Shown: positions 8,753 through 18,689 of the stretch, piece by piece | How the letters are laid out: each line of letters begins with the position of its first letter | How positions within the stretch are numbered: the first letter of the stretch is position 1 | Source of the DNA: Patescibacteria group bacterium | GTDB taxonomy: Bacteria > Patescibacteriota > Patescibacteriia > UBA9570 | Length of the DNA: 64,000 nt | NCBI GenBank assembly: GCA_024277435.1 | Contig: JAJRVJ010000031.1 | Location: forward strand, 11-64,010 | Reading direction: 5' to 3' | Notes under the pieces: model-generated | The model's input: the letters and a program-made list of their open reading frames with translations, nothing else | Databases searched by the model: none | Told to the model about the DNA's origin: nothing | Program-made: the position numbers and the translations under genes

Positions 8753-9973
8753 TCAGCGCGGCAATGCCTGATCAAACTCTCGCACTGTATCCGAGATGGA
8801 TAGCGCCCGTTTATTAATGCCTTTAATAAATAGACCATCAAGGGATGTTACTCGAGATAATGCAACATATCCCATGCCAGGAGCAAATGATTTTGATAAA
8901 TCAATTTGCGCAGAATCGAGCGTCATCCCCTGACTCTTATGCACGGTGATAGCCCAAGCTAAACGCAATGGCAATTGTGTAAGCTCCGCCTGTATAACAT
9001 TCCCCTGCTCCATTACCCATAGCTCTGGCTTCACAATTATTTCCTTGCCAGAATCTGTTTCTACTGTAGGATATTCCGAATTACACTCGGTAACCGTACC
9101 TAAGGTTCCATTAATATATCCAGCTGCTGGATTATTTTTTAAGAACATCACCCGTGCGCCAATTTTTAATTCAAGCTCTTCTGGTGCTAGGCAATATTTT
9201 TTTAGTGTTACTATTTGATTCTTCTTACCACTGGTTTGCATGTAATACGAATGTGGCTTTTCAGAAATTTTTGCTAATTCTGCATCGTTCAAAGCATTAA
9301 CATCAATATTGTGAGTATATATTTTTGTATGCTCATTATCATCGTCAGCAAGATCAACCCTTGACTCAAGCGCATTAAGGCTTTTCTGAGAAACAGTTCC
9401 ACTGCGAATTTCTGTAAGAATATCTAATAATGGATCATCACTCTGCCGATGTACTTTATCTAAATAACATACTTCTAAATCCATTTCGTTCCAAGCATCT
9501 GCTTGAAACGCAAATTGCACCGTATTACCACCTCGTGAAATTGGAGGTAATTGAAAAAAATCTCCCGCAAATACCACCTGAATTCCACCATATGGTTCAT
9601 TGATACCACTAACAGCGCGTAACACCTCATCTATCAAATTAACCCGCTTCTCATCTAGCATTGATACTTCATCAATAATAAGGATATCGGTATTACCAAA
9701 GCGTTTGTACAAGTACTCTCGTTGAGCTAATCCATCAATTTCATAGGCTGATAATTCATCTTTAATACCAATGCCAGACCAGGAGTGAATTGTACTACCC
9801 CCTAAATGAGTAGCGGCAATTCCGGTTGACGCGGTAATAGCAACCTTAAGCTTTTCTGTATGTGCCCAGTTGATAAACTTATTAAATACGTAGGTTTTTC
9901 CAGATCCAGCCGGACCAGTAAGAAATGCGTGATGGCCATCTTGCAATATCTTAAGTGCGTTGTCTTGAGTCAT
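8753..9973 (-). CDS. Pif1-like SF1B DNA helicase
   Basis: TGPAGSGKT, TASTGIAA, IIDEVSM, GDFFQLPP, QLPLRLAWAITVHKSQGMTLD, YVALSR. Confidence 0.92.
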   Translation of the reverse strand: MTQDNALKILQDGHHAFLTGPAGSGKTYVFNKFINWAHTEKLKVAITASTGIAATHLGGSTIHSWSGIGIKDELSAYEIDGLAQREYLYKRFGNTDILIIDEVSMLDEKRVNLIDEVLRAVSGINEPYGGIQVVFAGDFFQLPPISRGGNTVQFAFQADAWNEMDLEVCYLDKVHRQSDDPLLDILTEIRSGTVSQKSLNALESRVDLADDDNEHTKIYTHNIDVNALNDAELAKISEKPHSYYMQTSGKKNQIVTLKKYCLAPEELELKIGARVMFLKNNPAAGYINGTLGTVTECNSEYPTVETDSGKEIIVKPELWVMEQGNVIQAELTQLPLRLAWAITVHKSQGMTLDSAQIDLSKSFAPGMGYVALSRVTSLDGLFIKGINKRALSISDTVREFDQALPR

Positions 9974-10003
9974 GTTCCGTAGTATAGCACAACTATATAC
10001 AGC

Positions 10004-10396
10004 CTATTGTGTGCACACGTTACGTAGCATACCTTGCTTTGTAAGCCTATATTGATGATCTGTTTTGCGAGATCCTTTTTTCAAGATAATTTTAGCTTTA
10101 CTACCTTTTTTAGGGGTTTTGTATACAGAAATGTTCTTAAAGTTTTTGATCTTCTTAGACAGCACAATAGTCTTAAAATTTCTCTTCTTGAGATTGCCAT
10201 TTCTAGCTAATGTAAAGCTACGTAGTTTTAAACGCTTCTGTTTTGAACTATTCGCTTGTGACAGTACTACCTGTGTATGCATTAAACGATCGAATACGGC
10301 TTTTATTTACAGCTACCAGTACATCACTACCACCCTATACTTGTTTTGTGATTGCTATATCCTCCACTACAGAAGAGATTGGCGTAACTTTCAAGC
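10004..10396 (-). pseudogene. degraded remnant of a secreted protein with a Lys-rich tail
   Basis: upstream frame LKVTPISSVVED...KQV*GGSDVLVAVNKSRIRSFNAYTG has an in-frame stop; a different frame continues as the Lys-rich ORF 10004-10282. Confidence 0.45.
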
Positions 10397-10398
10397 AG

Positions 10399-10635
10399 CT
10401 ATTGGCAAAGTGCTAATTTTTGTTGGCGTGATAACTTTTTAATTTCCGCCTCACGCTTTAATGCGTAACTTCTGTTGCGTTTTCGTTCTGTATACAATAT
10501 TTTCTTTGCTCCGTGTGCTCTTGCATACTTACTTCCAATACCTTCTTTGTGTTCTTGGAATCTTCGATCAACATCCCTTGCAATTCCAGTATACAGAGTA
10601 TTATCGTTGCATAATAATATATATACGTAATACAT
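10399..10635 (-). CDS. GIY-YIG nuclease (UPF0213/YhbQ-like)
   Basis: YYVYIL...LYTGI...RRFQEH..G.GSKY...ALKREAEIKKLSR. Confidence 0.9.
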   Translation of the reverse strand: MYYVYILLCNDNTLYTGIARDVDRRFQEHKEGIGSKYARAHGAKKILYTERKRNRSYALKREAEIKKLSRQQKLALCQ

Positions 10636-10637
10636 AA

Positions 10638-11879
10638 TTACCTACTTCCTTCAGCAGCAGAGGCGCCAGCTAAATTTCCGGTTGCCCAGGCGGCTTGTAA
10701 ATTAAATCCACCAGTAACACCGTCGATATTCATAATCTCTCCTGCAAAATATAATCCTGGACAGATTTTTGAACCCATGGTTCCAGAATCAATTTCATTC
10801 GTATCTACCCCTCCGGCTGTAACGAATTCACTACCCGATCCCCTGCCAATAATACGTACGGAACATTCCTTGAGCCATGATGTAATAGCTTTTCGCATAT
10901 CATTACTTACTGAAGCATTTACAATATCACTTGATATAGCACACTCCTTTAGCAATTCACTCAATACAGACTTTGGTAACCAGATGCGCAGTAAATTAAA
11001 CAGTAATTGCTTGGGTTGGTTACGGATTTTATCATCAAGTATTTTTCGTACATCTTGAATAGAACTATCTGGTACGAAATCAATATGCATTTCAAGAGGC
11101 GTATCTTTCGAGTATTGCTCAAATGCTATTTGTGCTGATAATGCAAATACCGCCGGACCGCTTATGCCTTTATGGGTAAATACAATAGGGCCCGTTGCAA
11201 CATACTTCTTGTTACTTGGAATACTCATCTTGATATGATCGAATGATACGCCGCTGAGTTCTTTTGGCCACTGCTCTTGTAGCAGAAAAGAATTCAAGCT
11301 TGCAGCTAAATCGGTTATTGAATGACCAAGTGCTTCCGCAAATTGATAGCCATCACCGGTAGAACCGGTATAGCGATAGGCTTGTCCGCCAGTAGTAAGA
11401 ATTAATGCATCAACATCTATGGACTTACCATCTTTTAATGTGAGTTGAAATTTCTTAGCCATCTTGTTAACACTAGTTACAGATTCTCCTTTACGTACAT
11501 CAACATTATGCTCTTCAAATATATTATCAAATACACCTACTACATCCTTACCGTTATTGGATTGTGGAAATACACGCATATCATCTTCTGTTTTTAATGG
11601 CACGCCATGATTTTTAAACCACTGATACACCTGTTCCGGGGGAAAGTTATACATAGCCGATGTTAAAAACTTACTGCCACGCATATACTTGGTAAGTACC
11701 GTGCGCACATCTTGCACTCCAGTTGTTACATTGCAACGTCCCCCACCAGAAATAATTACCTTACGTCCTAAGAGTGCATTCTTTTCAATTAATACAACTT
11801 TATGCCCTGGATACTGCTCTACAATTGTGGCCGCAGCCATCATTCCAGCTGCTCCAGCTCCGATAATTCCTATCTTCAT
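10638..11879 (-). CDS. HI0933/YhiN-family flavoprotein
   Basis: GAGAAGMMAA, SGGGRCNVT, GSTGDGY, VTAGGV, GGFNLQAAW. Confidence 0.93.
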   Translation of the reverse strand: MKIGIIGAGAAGMMAAATIVEQYPGHKVVLIEKNALLGRKVIISGGGRCNVTTGVQDVRTVLTKYMRGSKFLTSAMYNFPPEQVYQWFKNHGVPLKTEDDMRVFPQSNNGKDVVGVFDNIFEEHNVDVRKGESVTSVNKMAKKFQLTLKDGKSIDVDALILTTGGQAYRYTGSTGDGYQFAEALGHSITDLAASLNSFLLQEQWPKELSGVSFDHIKMSIPSNKKYVATGPIVFTHKGISGPAVFALSAQIAFEQYSKDTPLEMHIDFVPDSSIQDVRKILDDKIRNQPKQLLFNLLRIWLPKSVLSELLKECAISSDIVNASVSNDMRKAITSWLKECSVRIIGRGSGSEFVTAGGVDTNEIDSGTMGSKICPGLYFAGEIMNIDGVTGGFNLQAAWATGNLAGASAAEGSR

Positions 11880-11881
11880 AG

Positions 11882-12502
11882 CTATAAATTTCCTTTATGA
11901 TACTGCTCTATAAGTTTCGGATACACACTCGCGATAATTATACCTATTTGCATAAAGTACCAGAATAATGGCGTAGTCCACTGCGGTATATCCATATCTT
12001 GCCAGGCACTATATCCTCCAACAGAAATTACATAGATATAATATCCCCATGGTCCCACGATAAGTGTAAGTACAAACATCCGTAATAAAAATTCTTTTGC
12101 TCCTACCCCTCCAAGGGTGTTAATCATTTTAAATGCAAGGTACGTTACTCCGCCGCCCATAATTGCTGCCAACCCCACAATGTATGGGGCGGTTGTTGCA
12201 AATAGCACTGTTTGAATTGATACTTCACTACTTCCAAATATATGTGGCCATAATCCTGCAATTGAAATAATTACTGGAATGAATAGCGTACCAATAGTAC
12301 GTACCGTTTTTGGAAAATATTCGCGTACAAGAATACTAGCGTATACAGCAAAAATAGGAATGAAAAATACAATAAGGCCTAGATAATAGTACCCCCACAT
12401 TCGTTCCATGCCATGAATATACTGCTCACTAAAAAAACACAGCGCTACCAAGGGTAACACGATAGCAAATAGTGTATAGATAATTTGAGCTATTTTTCGC
12501 AT
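11882..12502 (-). CDS. multi-pass membrane protein
   Basis: about 6 hydrophobic helices; ATG 12502 preceded by TGCTATGAT. Confidence 0.7.
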   Translation of the reverse strand: MRKIAQIIYTLFAIVLPLVALCFFSEQYIHGMERMWGYYYLGLIVFFIPIFAVYASILVREYFPKTVRTIGTLFIPVIISIAGLWPHIFGSSEVSIQTVLFATTAPYIVGLAAIMGGGVTYLAFKMINTLGGVGAKEFLLRMFVLTLIVGPWGYYIYVISVGGYSAWQDMDIPQWTTPLFWYFMQIGIIIASVYPKLIEQYHKGNL

Positions 12503-12543
12503 ACTAGAGCTAATCATAGCACACTCACCTTTCGTCCTGTAAA

Positions 12544-13116
12544 TTAGCGCTTGGCACGCTTTATCCTAGTATAGATATAAATAATAACCGCTGGCAGAAG
12601 AGCGCCAAGAACGTCCATAAGTAAATCATTGGCGGTATCAAAGCCATCACCTAAACGATTTGAGCCAAAAATGAGATCTTCTAAATACTCTTCGATTTCA
12701 TATACAACGCCAATAACAATCACTAAGCTTGCAATCATAAATGGCCACAAAGATTGCTTTAGTATATTTGGCCTAAATTGAGGAATGATATTAGCTAACA
12801 CACTTGTAATAACCGCTGGGACAATAAAGTGTAATACGGCATCATAATATCTAAATTGATCGTACCAAAATAGATAATCACCTATTGCATCTAAATACAC
12901 GGGAATAACGATGGATACAGGAATCCACCAAAATAACTTCTTTTTATGTTTACGGATATACCAATACATAATTTCAAATGCTAGCCACGTAACTGTACTC
13001 TGCAAGATTAATCCAAATATTGTGAAGGATGGCTGAACATCAGTAATAATGGTAGCTGATAAGATCTCTACGACCAATAATACAGCTAATGGTACCCTCC
13101 AAAGTAAAGTAAGCAT
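12544..13116 (-). CDS. DUF2238/YjdF-like membrane protein
   Basis: YDAVLHF, YEIEEY, DTANDLLMD motifs within TM helices. Confidence 0.7.
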   Translation of the reverse strand: MLTLLWRVPLAVLLVVEILSATIITDVQPSFTIFGLILQSTVTWLAFEIMYWYIRKHKKKLFWWIPVSIVIPVYLDAIGDYLFWYDQFRYYDAVLHFIVPAVITSVLANIIPQFRPNILKQSLWPFMIASLVIVIGVVYEIEEYLEDLIFGSNRLGDGFDTANDLLMDVLGALLPAVIIYIYTRIKRAKR

Positions 13117-13119
13117 ATG

Positions 13120-13632
13120 TTACTTACTTTTAGTTGATTGTAATTTATTAATTTCTTTTTTTAGCTCGATCATCTTTAATTCTCGATCAACCATGGCTTC
13201 ATTCATTCTTTCTAACTCTTTAACCTTTGTCTTCAACTCTTTCTCAGCCTTAATTTGAGGGGTAATATTTGTAAAAAGAATTGCAATATATTTCTCATTC
13301 AAAGGAAGTACATCAACAATAAAATTACTATCTTTAATTTTTTCATCACCATATGAAAAATTTAAAATTCGCTTTGATTCTCCCGTTGCAACTGCTGCAG
13401 TAAATGTATCTGGCAGCGATGTTTCAGATATGTTAGGGAAGGTATCTTTAACCGCCCCCCCTACTATTGAACTCAAATCAACACCCACTGCTTCACTAGC
13501 AGCTTTATTAGCAAATACATTAATGCAATCAAGAACGTTAACCTTATTTTCTATTGACCAAATATATGCACCTATAGGAGATGTCTCAACGATCACCTTG
13601 AATACTTCTAATGGAATATGATTACCAAGCAT
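13120..13632 (-). CDS. PAS-domain protein with C-terminal coiled coil
   Basis: FANKAASEAVG...VGG...F PAS pattern; ELERMNEAMVDRELKMIELKKEI tail; no output domain. Confidence 0.75.
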   Translation of the reverse strand: MLGNHIPLEVFKVIVETSPIGAYIWSIENKVNVLDCINVFANKAASEAVGVDLSSIVGGAVKDTFPNISETSLPDTFTAAVATGESKRILNFSYGDEKIKDSNFIVDVLPLNEKYIAILFTNITPQIKAEKELKTKVKELERMNEAMVDRELKMIELKKEINKLQSTKSK

Positions 13633-13689
13633 GAATCTTAGTATAGCAGCATTGTATGAATTACAAAACTACAGCCATTTACCCTAGCT

Positions 13690-15768
13690 TTATAGGCCAG
13701 GCTCAGTTATACGTAGGCCTACATTGGAAACCGCTGATGGCATTACTGCTGGAATAGTTGCTACCACCTCAAAGGTTTGCGCATCATACACAAATACCTG
13801 ATCCGCTCCTTGCACTACCACGTACACATACTCGCCATTCAGTGTAAATTCAGGATGAAATGATGTAGCGCCTTCCACTGGAATAAGTGTTTCTACAATC
13901 TCTTGCTTTGCAGCATCAATTACGTAAATTTCATCAGCCCGCTCTCCAAACGCAGTATCCGCCCAAACATATGGATAATCTGGATTACCATCATAATGAC
14001 GTATGAACAAGCCTGGCCCACCTGTAGTAATGGTACTCTCAATTTCCCATGTTTCTATATTTACTACGGTAATCAAGCCCTCTCCTAATGCCGGAATAAA
14101 AGTATACTCACCCCAAGTGGCGCCTGGTCCGGTATGGGGTGTATCGCCAGTTTGTATTTCTTTCACTGGCTCAAGTGTTTCCATATCTAACACCCAGACT
14201 GTGTTCGACCCCTGAGATGCCACTAAAAAATATTTTGCATCTGGAGTAAGGTAACCATCATGCAAGGTAGTTTTATTATCTCCTATATTCGCAAATGTAT
14301 TAGTTACCGGGTAGCCTACCTGTTCCGTATCGATAGTCCATACACTATTAATATCTTTTAATGCAACGATAATACTATTTCCATAATCAACCAACGCACC
14401 AGCTCGTGACACCGTCTCTACGCCATTTATTTCACCAACAAGATCAATAGTTGCTAGCGTATCCAATGAATCCGCATCAAGCAACACTACATTACCCGGC
14501 TCATAGTTACCAACGGCTACAATGCGATCATTTACTGTAATGGCCGTTCCTCGTGAATTTATACCCACTCGAACCGTATTAACAACATCTAATGATGTGA
14601 GATCAATTTTAGTAAGCCATCCGTCGCGTGAAATAATATACATAAATACCGCATCTGATGAGAATACCGAGGTATGAGGTTGATATCCAACTTGTTGCAC
14701 CCGTCCAATTACTTCATTTGTAGAACCATCTATAAACAAAAGAGATTCTGCGCTTTTTTCTACAATAATCATTAACTCTTGCGCACTCCATGAGCCAGGT
14801 TCTACATAGAGCTCTGCCCATGGATTCAGCATCTCATGACTACCATCAACTTGCTTACTCACCTGCTCACCAGACTGATCACCCTCTTCTGTAGTATCTT
14901 CTAACTGACCAATATGATACTGCATCATTTTATCGCGAATCACTGGCCCATGATTAGCGTGATAGTTTTTACTCACATCTTCCGCGCAGTGAAATAAAGC
15001 CGGATGTATTATGGCTGGTTCTGTAACATCAAATACTAAATCATCAACAATTACCCAGCAATCTTCATTTATATTATGAGCATTAACCTCTTCCCATGTG
15101 TACACCTGTCCACGCTCTGCCAGCTGCGAAACCTCTAGTTGCTCTCCTATATACTGTTGATAACGAATCATTCCCACTAATACGAACGCAAGTGACGCCA
15201 CTAATAACACCCCTAAGCTCATTCGATCCTCCCTCTCCATGTAGCGTCGCATCATCACGAACGCTAATACAGCTCCAGTTGCTAATACTCCAAAATAATA
15301 ACCAATAATTAACCAGTAATTATACGTTGCTGGCAAAAGAACGCCTAAATAAATAATAGATAGCCAGGTTATAGAAGAAACTACCGTGCTTGAAAATAAA
15401 AGATACAGCTTAGGCTTTATGCGACTATTCCTTTTTTCTATATATCGGGCTTTTATCTCCGGAAATACATACACATGTAATACCACTCCATTTATAATTA
15501 ATATAGCCAGCAGTGTCATTTTCGCTAAATACGTTTCAGATTCTAACAGCGCTGTATTTAATAAAATCAAACCTATTCCCGCCACAACAGCGCACACAAG
15601 ACCAACGCGCACAAATATAGATAAGTGCTTTAACTGATCAATAACTTTTTTAGTTACCGATTGATTACGAAGATGATGTGCTAGTGTGACATCCGCAATA
15701 AGTGCAGCGCCAGCTCCTATAGCTATACTTATAATATGCATCACTAGAATGAGATCTCGAATAGTCAT
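13690..15768 (-). CDS. fusion: 6-TM membrane domain + cytochrome b5-like domain + cytochrome d1-type beta-propeller (NirS/NirN/NirF family)
   Basis: YTWEEVNAHN..DCWVIVDDLVFDVT..HPA..HG (cyt b5); PHTS..SRDGWLTKIDL, LHDG, PHTGPG, HPEF (d1 propeller); no CxxCH. Confidence 0.8.
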   Translation of the reverse strand: MTIRDLILVMHIISIAIGAGAALIADVTLAHHLRNQSVTKKVIDQLKHLSIFVRVGLVCAVVAGIGLILLNTALLESETYLAKMTLLAILIINGVVLHVYVFPEIKARYIEKRNSRIKPKLYLLFSSTVVSSITWLSIIYLGVLLPATYNYWLIIGYYFGVLATGAVLAFVMMRRYMEREDRMSLGVLLVASLAFVLVGMIRYQQYIGEQLEVSQLAERGQVYTWEEVNAHNINEDCWVIVDDLVFDVTEPAIIHPALFHCAEDVSKNYHANHGPVIRDKMMQYHIGQLEDTTEEGDQSGEQVSKQVDGSHEMLNPWAELYVEPGSWSAQELMIIVEKSAESLLFIDGSTNEVIGRVQQVGYQPHTSVFSSDAVFMYIISRDGWLTKIDLTSLDVVNTVRVGINSRGTAITVNDRIVAVGNYEPGNVVLLDADSLDTLATIDLVGEINGVETVSRAGALVDYGNSIIVALKDINSVWTIDTEQVGYPVTNTFANIGDNKTTLHDGYLTPDAKYFLVASQGSNTVWVLDMETLEPVKEIQTGDTPHTGPGATWGEYTFIPALGEGLITVVNIETWEIESTITTGGPGLFIRHYDGNPDYPYVWADTAFGERADEIYVIDAAKQEIVETLIPVEGATSFHPEFTLNGEYVYVVVQGADQVFVYDAQTFEVVATIPAVMPSAVSNVGLRITEPGL

Positions 15769-16040
15769 ATGTGAATATAATCAATAAATTGAACTAAGAG
15801 CCTCTCAAGCTTCACTATAGGAAATATACCATAATCATTTCTATTCTGGTAGGTTCACAGCATGATAGAGTTCATAAAAAAATGCAAGTATTTTCTGAAA
15901 ATATTCTAGTGATCGTTAACAAAAAATATGTAACCAAAAAAGTTATGCACATTTTTATTAGTTATTTGATAATGATAACCGATTTTAGACTCTACGTTTA
16001 ATTGTATGTTAGTATAAATATATCTATGCATATTTATAAA

Positions 16041-17124
16041 ATGTACAAAATATCTCTATCTATCATTACTCTCGTCATTACTCTTGGCCTAATGATAGGA
16101 CATCAAGTTCATGCCAGAAATCAAGTTGACCCTAATAATGCCATTGGTTTTTTAGGTGGAAATTACAATAAGCAAAATTGGGAAGTGTTTACGTATTCTG
16201 GAGCAGGCTGGGTACGGCCACATCTCGGCCCAGCTCGGTGGGGTAAAATTCAAACGAAAAAAAATGGTAGGTATAATTGGAAAGCAATGGACAGAGTTGT
16301 GAAAAAGCATCAAAAAAAGGGTGCTAATCTCCTTATTACTATTTGGCCGTATGCAACCTGGGATCAAAAAAAACGAAAGAACGCAGAAACCTGTAAAGTT
16401 TCAGAGCAAGATGTATTTGCGGGCGAGCTATCACTGTATCGCTGTAATCCTAATGACTGGAAAGAATACCGCGCCTGGGTAATAGCTATGGTTGAACGTT
16501 ATGATGGTGATGGGGAAAAAAGACATGAAAGGTTTACGGTATGGGGTTAAGCATTGGGAAGTAATGAACGAACCCGATCTCACCCAAACTGATTCCGTAA
16601 CAACAGAAAAAAAGGATGGAGATGACAGTAATTCCAATACCTTAGACTTTTATGAACAAGGGCCCGATGCATATTTCACACTACTAAAAAAGACATCCAA
16701 GGCAATTCGGAAGGCAGATAAAGATGCTAAGGTCCTTATTGCCGGCGCAGCTGGAGGCAGTGATCAATTTCTCGATTTTTACGACGAACTATTCACAAAG
16801 CACCCGAAAGCCAGGGGATATTTTGATATCGGCAATGTACACTGTATTCAAAATGATTATTACAACAATTTTAATGTTGCTGCATACAACCGGCTATTAA
16901 AAAAACATGGCATGCGCAAACCGATATGGGTTACGGAAGCGGATGCATTTATTGGTGATACGCGAAAAGCAACCTACGCGCAAGTGTATAAAAGTACAAA
17001 AAAAGGCAAGGCGGCAGGTGGAGATAAATTCTTTTACACCGGCATGAACTTTGGAGACAAAACTAAAGGGTGGAGTTTCTCCAAGAAGAAGTTCAAACTC
17101 ATCGTTGATGATTTTGCGTACTAA
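16041..17124 (+). pseudogene. secreted clan GH-A glycoside hydrolase, frameshifted
   Basis: ORFs 16002-16550 and 16492-17124 join at GGGGAAAAAA (16512-16521) to give VERYDGDG|KKDM..WEVMNEP...KPIWVTE; one extra base. Confidence 0.75.
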
Positions 17125-17125
17125 T

Positions 17126-18583
17126 TTAGCTAAACCGCTTCTCTAAATCGAGTGTTTGGCTTATCTGTAATTGGTCTACAAATTCTTCATCATGGCTCAC
17201 CACAATTACCGCTCCCTCATAATTATTGAGCGCCTCAGCAATTACTGGTAAATGCCGGAAGTTTATGTGGTTGGTTGGCTCATCTAGAATAAGTAGCGCT
17301 GGTTGCTGCAATACAAATCGTGCATAGGATAACAATCCTTTCTGACCCTCTGATAATGAACCAATAGGATTTTGTAATAAATCACCAGTTAACAAGAATT
17401 GAGCAGCTGTTTCAAAAATAAGCTCACGATCACCTTCAAACTTAATATCTTCTAACGCTTGAAATGCAGTTTGTTCAAAATCCAATCCAGAAAAGTCCTG
17501 CCGATAATACCCTACGCGCACACCATCTTTAATAGTCATACCGGTATACGCTGCGGAAGCCAAGGCTTCTAACATAGTAGTTTTACCAATTCCATTAGGC
17601 CCGGTAATACGCAATATTTCTCCTTTACGTATTTCAATATCCACTTCCTTACTTACAGGCGCTCCATCTTTCATTACAGTAAGCTCATTTAAATGCGCAA
17701 CTGATCCGCTGAATTCTTGAACAGGAATAGTGAACGAGCGAATGGTTTTATCCTCTCTGCGTATATCAACCATATTTTCTTCGTCATCTGCAATTTCATC
17801 TTTTAACTTACTGGCTAAACGACGCATTTTTCCACCTTTGTGTGAAAATTGATTAACTTTAGCTTTACGATCGATGATATTCTTTTTCAACTGAGCATTC
17901 TGGCGTTGTTCACGTTCAATTTGGGCTTTTATTTCTTCTACCACAGAGTAGTAATCTCCCACGTATTGTTGCACTTGCTTTGTGAATACATCAAGATGCA
18001 ATACGCCATGCGTGAAGATATTTAGGAATGCCGCATCATGTGAAATAACAATAACCGTTTTTTCGTACCCTAATAAGAAGGTAATTAAATGATCAATTCC
18101 TTGCGTATCGAGATTATTGGTTGGCTCATCAAGCAACAAAATATCTGGTTCATTAATAATGGCGTAGGCTAATAACAAACGCGCTTGTTGGCCACCAGAT
18201 AAATCTTTCACAATCCACTCTGTTGGCACAGATAAATTCACTACTTCAAGTACACGTTTAATATCTCTATCAACATCGTATTTCTTTTCTGCAAAAGCTG
18301 TTTCAAAAAATGCCTTTACTGTTAAGTCCTGATACTTCTGTGGCATCACCTGTAAGGCAATTCCAATTGTTGCATCCTTAGGAATATTTACCGAACCTTT
18401 GTCGGGCTTGATATCACCGGTGATCATTTGAAAAATGGTAGATTTTCCAGCGCCATTTTGCCCCATGATGGTAATTTTGGCATTTTCGCGCACAGTAAAA
18501 TTTGCCTCTTTCAAAATAGGTTTTTTCTTACTGTATTCAAATGACACATCTTTAAAACTGATAATTACATCTCCATGATTCAT
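17126..18583 (-). CDS. ABC-F family ATPase
   Basis: two NBDs (GQNGAGKS/LSGGQ/DEPTNNLD; GPNGIGKT/LSEGQ/DEPTNH), no TM. Confidence 0.92.
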   Translation of the reverse strand: MNHGDVIISFKDVSFEYSKKKPILKEANFTVRENAKITIMGQNGAGKSTIFQMITGDIKPDKGSVNIPKDATIGIALQVMPQKYQDLTVKAFFETAFAEKKYDVDRDIKRVLEVVNLSVPTEWIVKDLSGGQQARLLLAYAIINEPDILLLDEPTNNLDTQGIDHLITFLLGYEKTVIVISHDAAFLNIFTHGVLHLDVFTKQVQQYVGDYYSVVEEIKAQIEREQRQNAQLKKNIIDRKAKVNQFSHKGGKMRRLASKLKDEIADDEENMVDIRREDKTIRSFTIPVQEFSGSVAHLNELTVMKDGAPVSKEVDIEIRKGEILRITGPNGIGKTTMLEALASAAYTGMTIKDGVRVGYYRQDFSGLDFEQTAFQALEDIKFEGDRELIFETAAQFLLTGDLLQNPIGSLSEGQKGLLSYARFVLQQPALLILDEPTNHINFRHLPVIAEALNNYEGAVIVVSHDEEFVDQLQISQTLDLEKRFS

Positions 18584-18689
18584 ACGTATCTCTACTTACT
18601 CTAATGATATAAAAACCCGGCACACGCCAGGCAACGACAGTAGTATACGCAATAACGAACACTTGGTCAAGAGTCGGTTAGTACAACTC

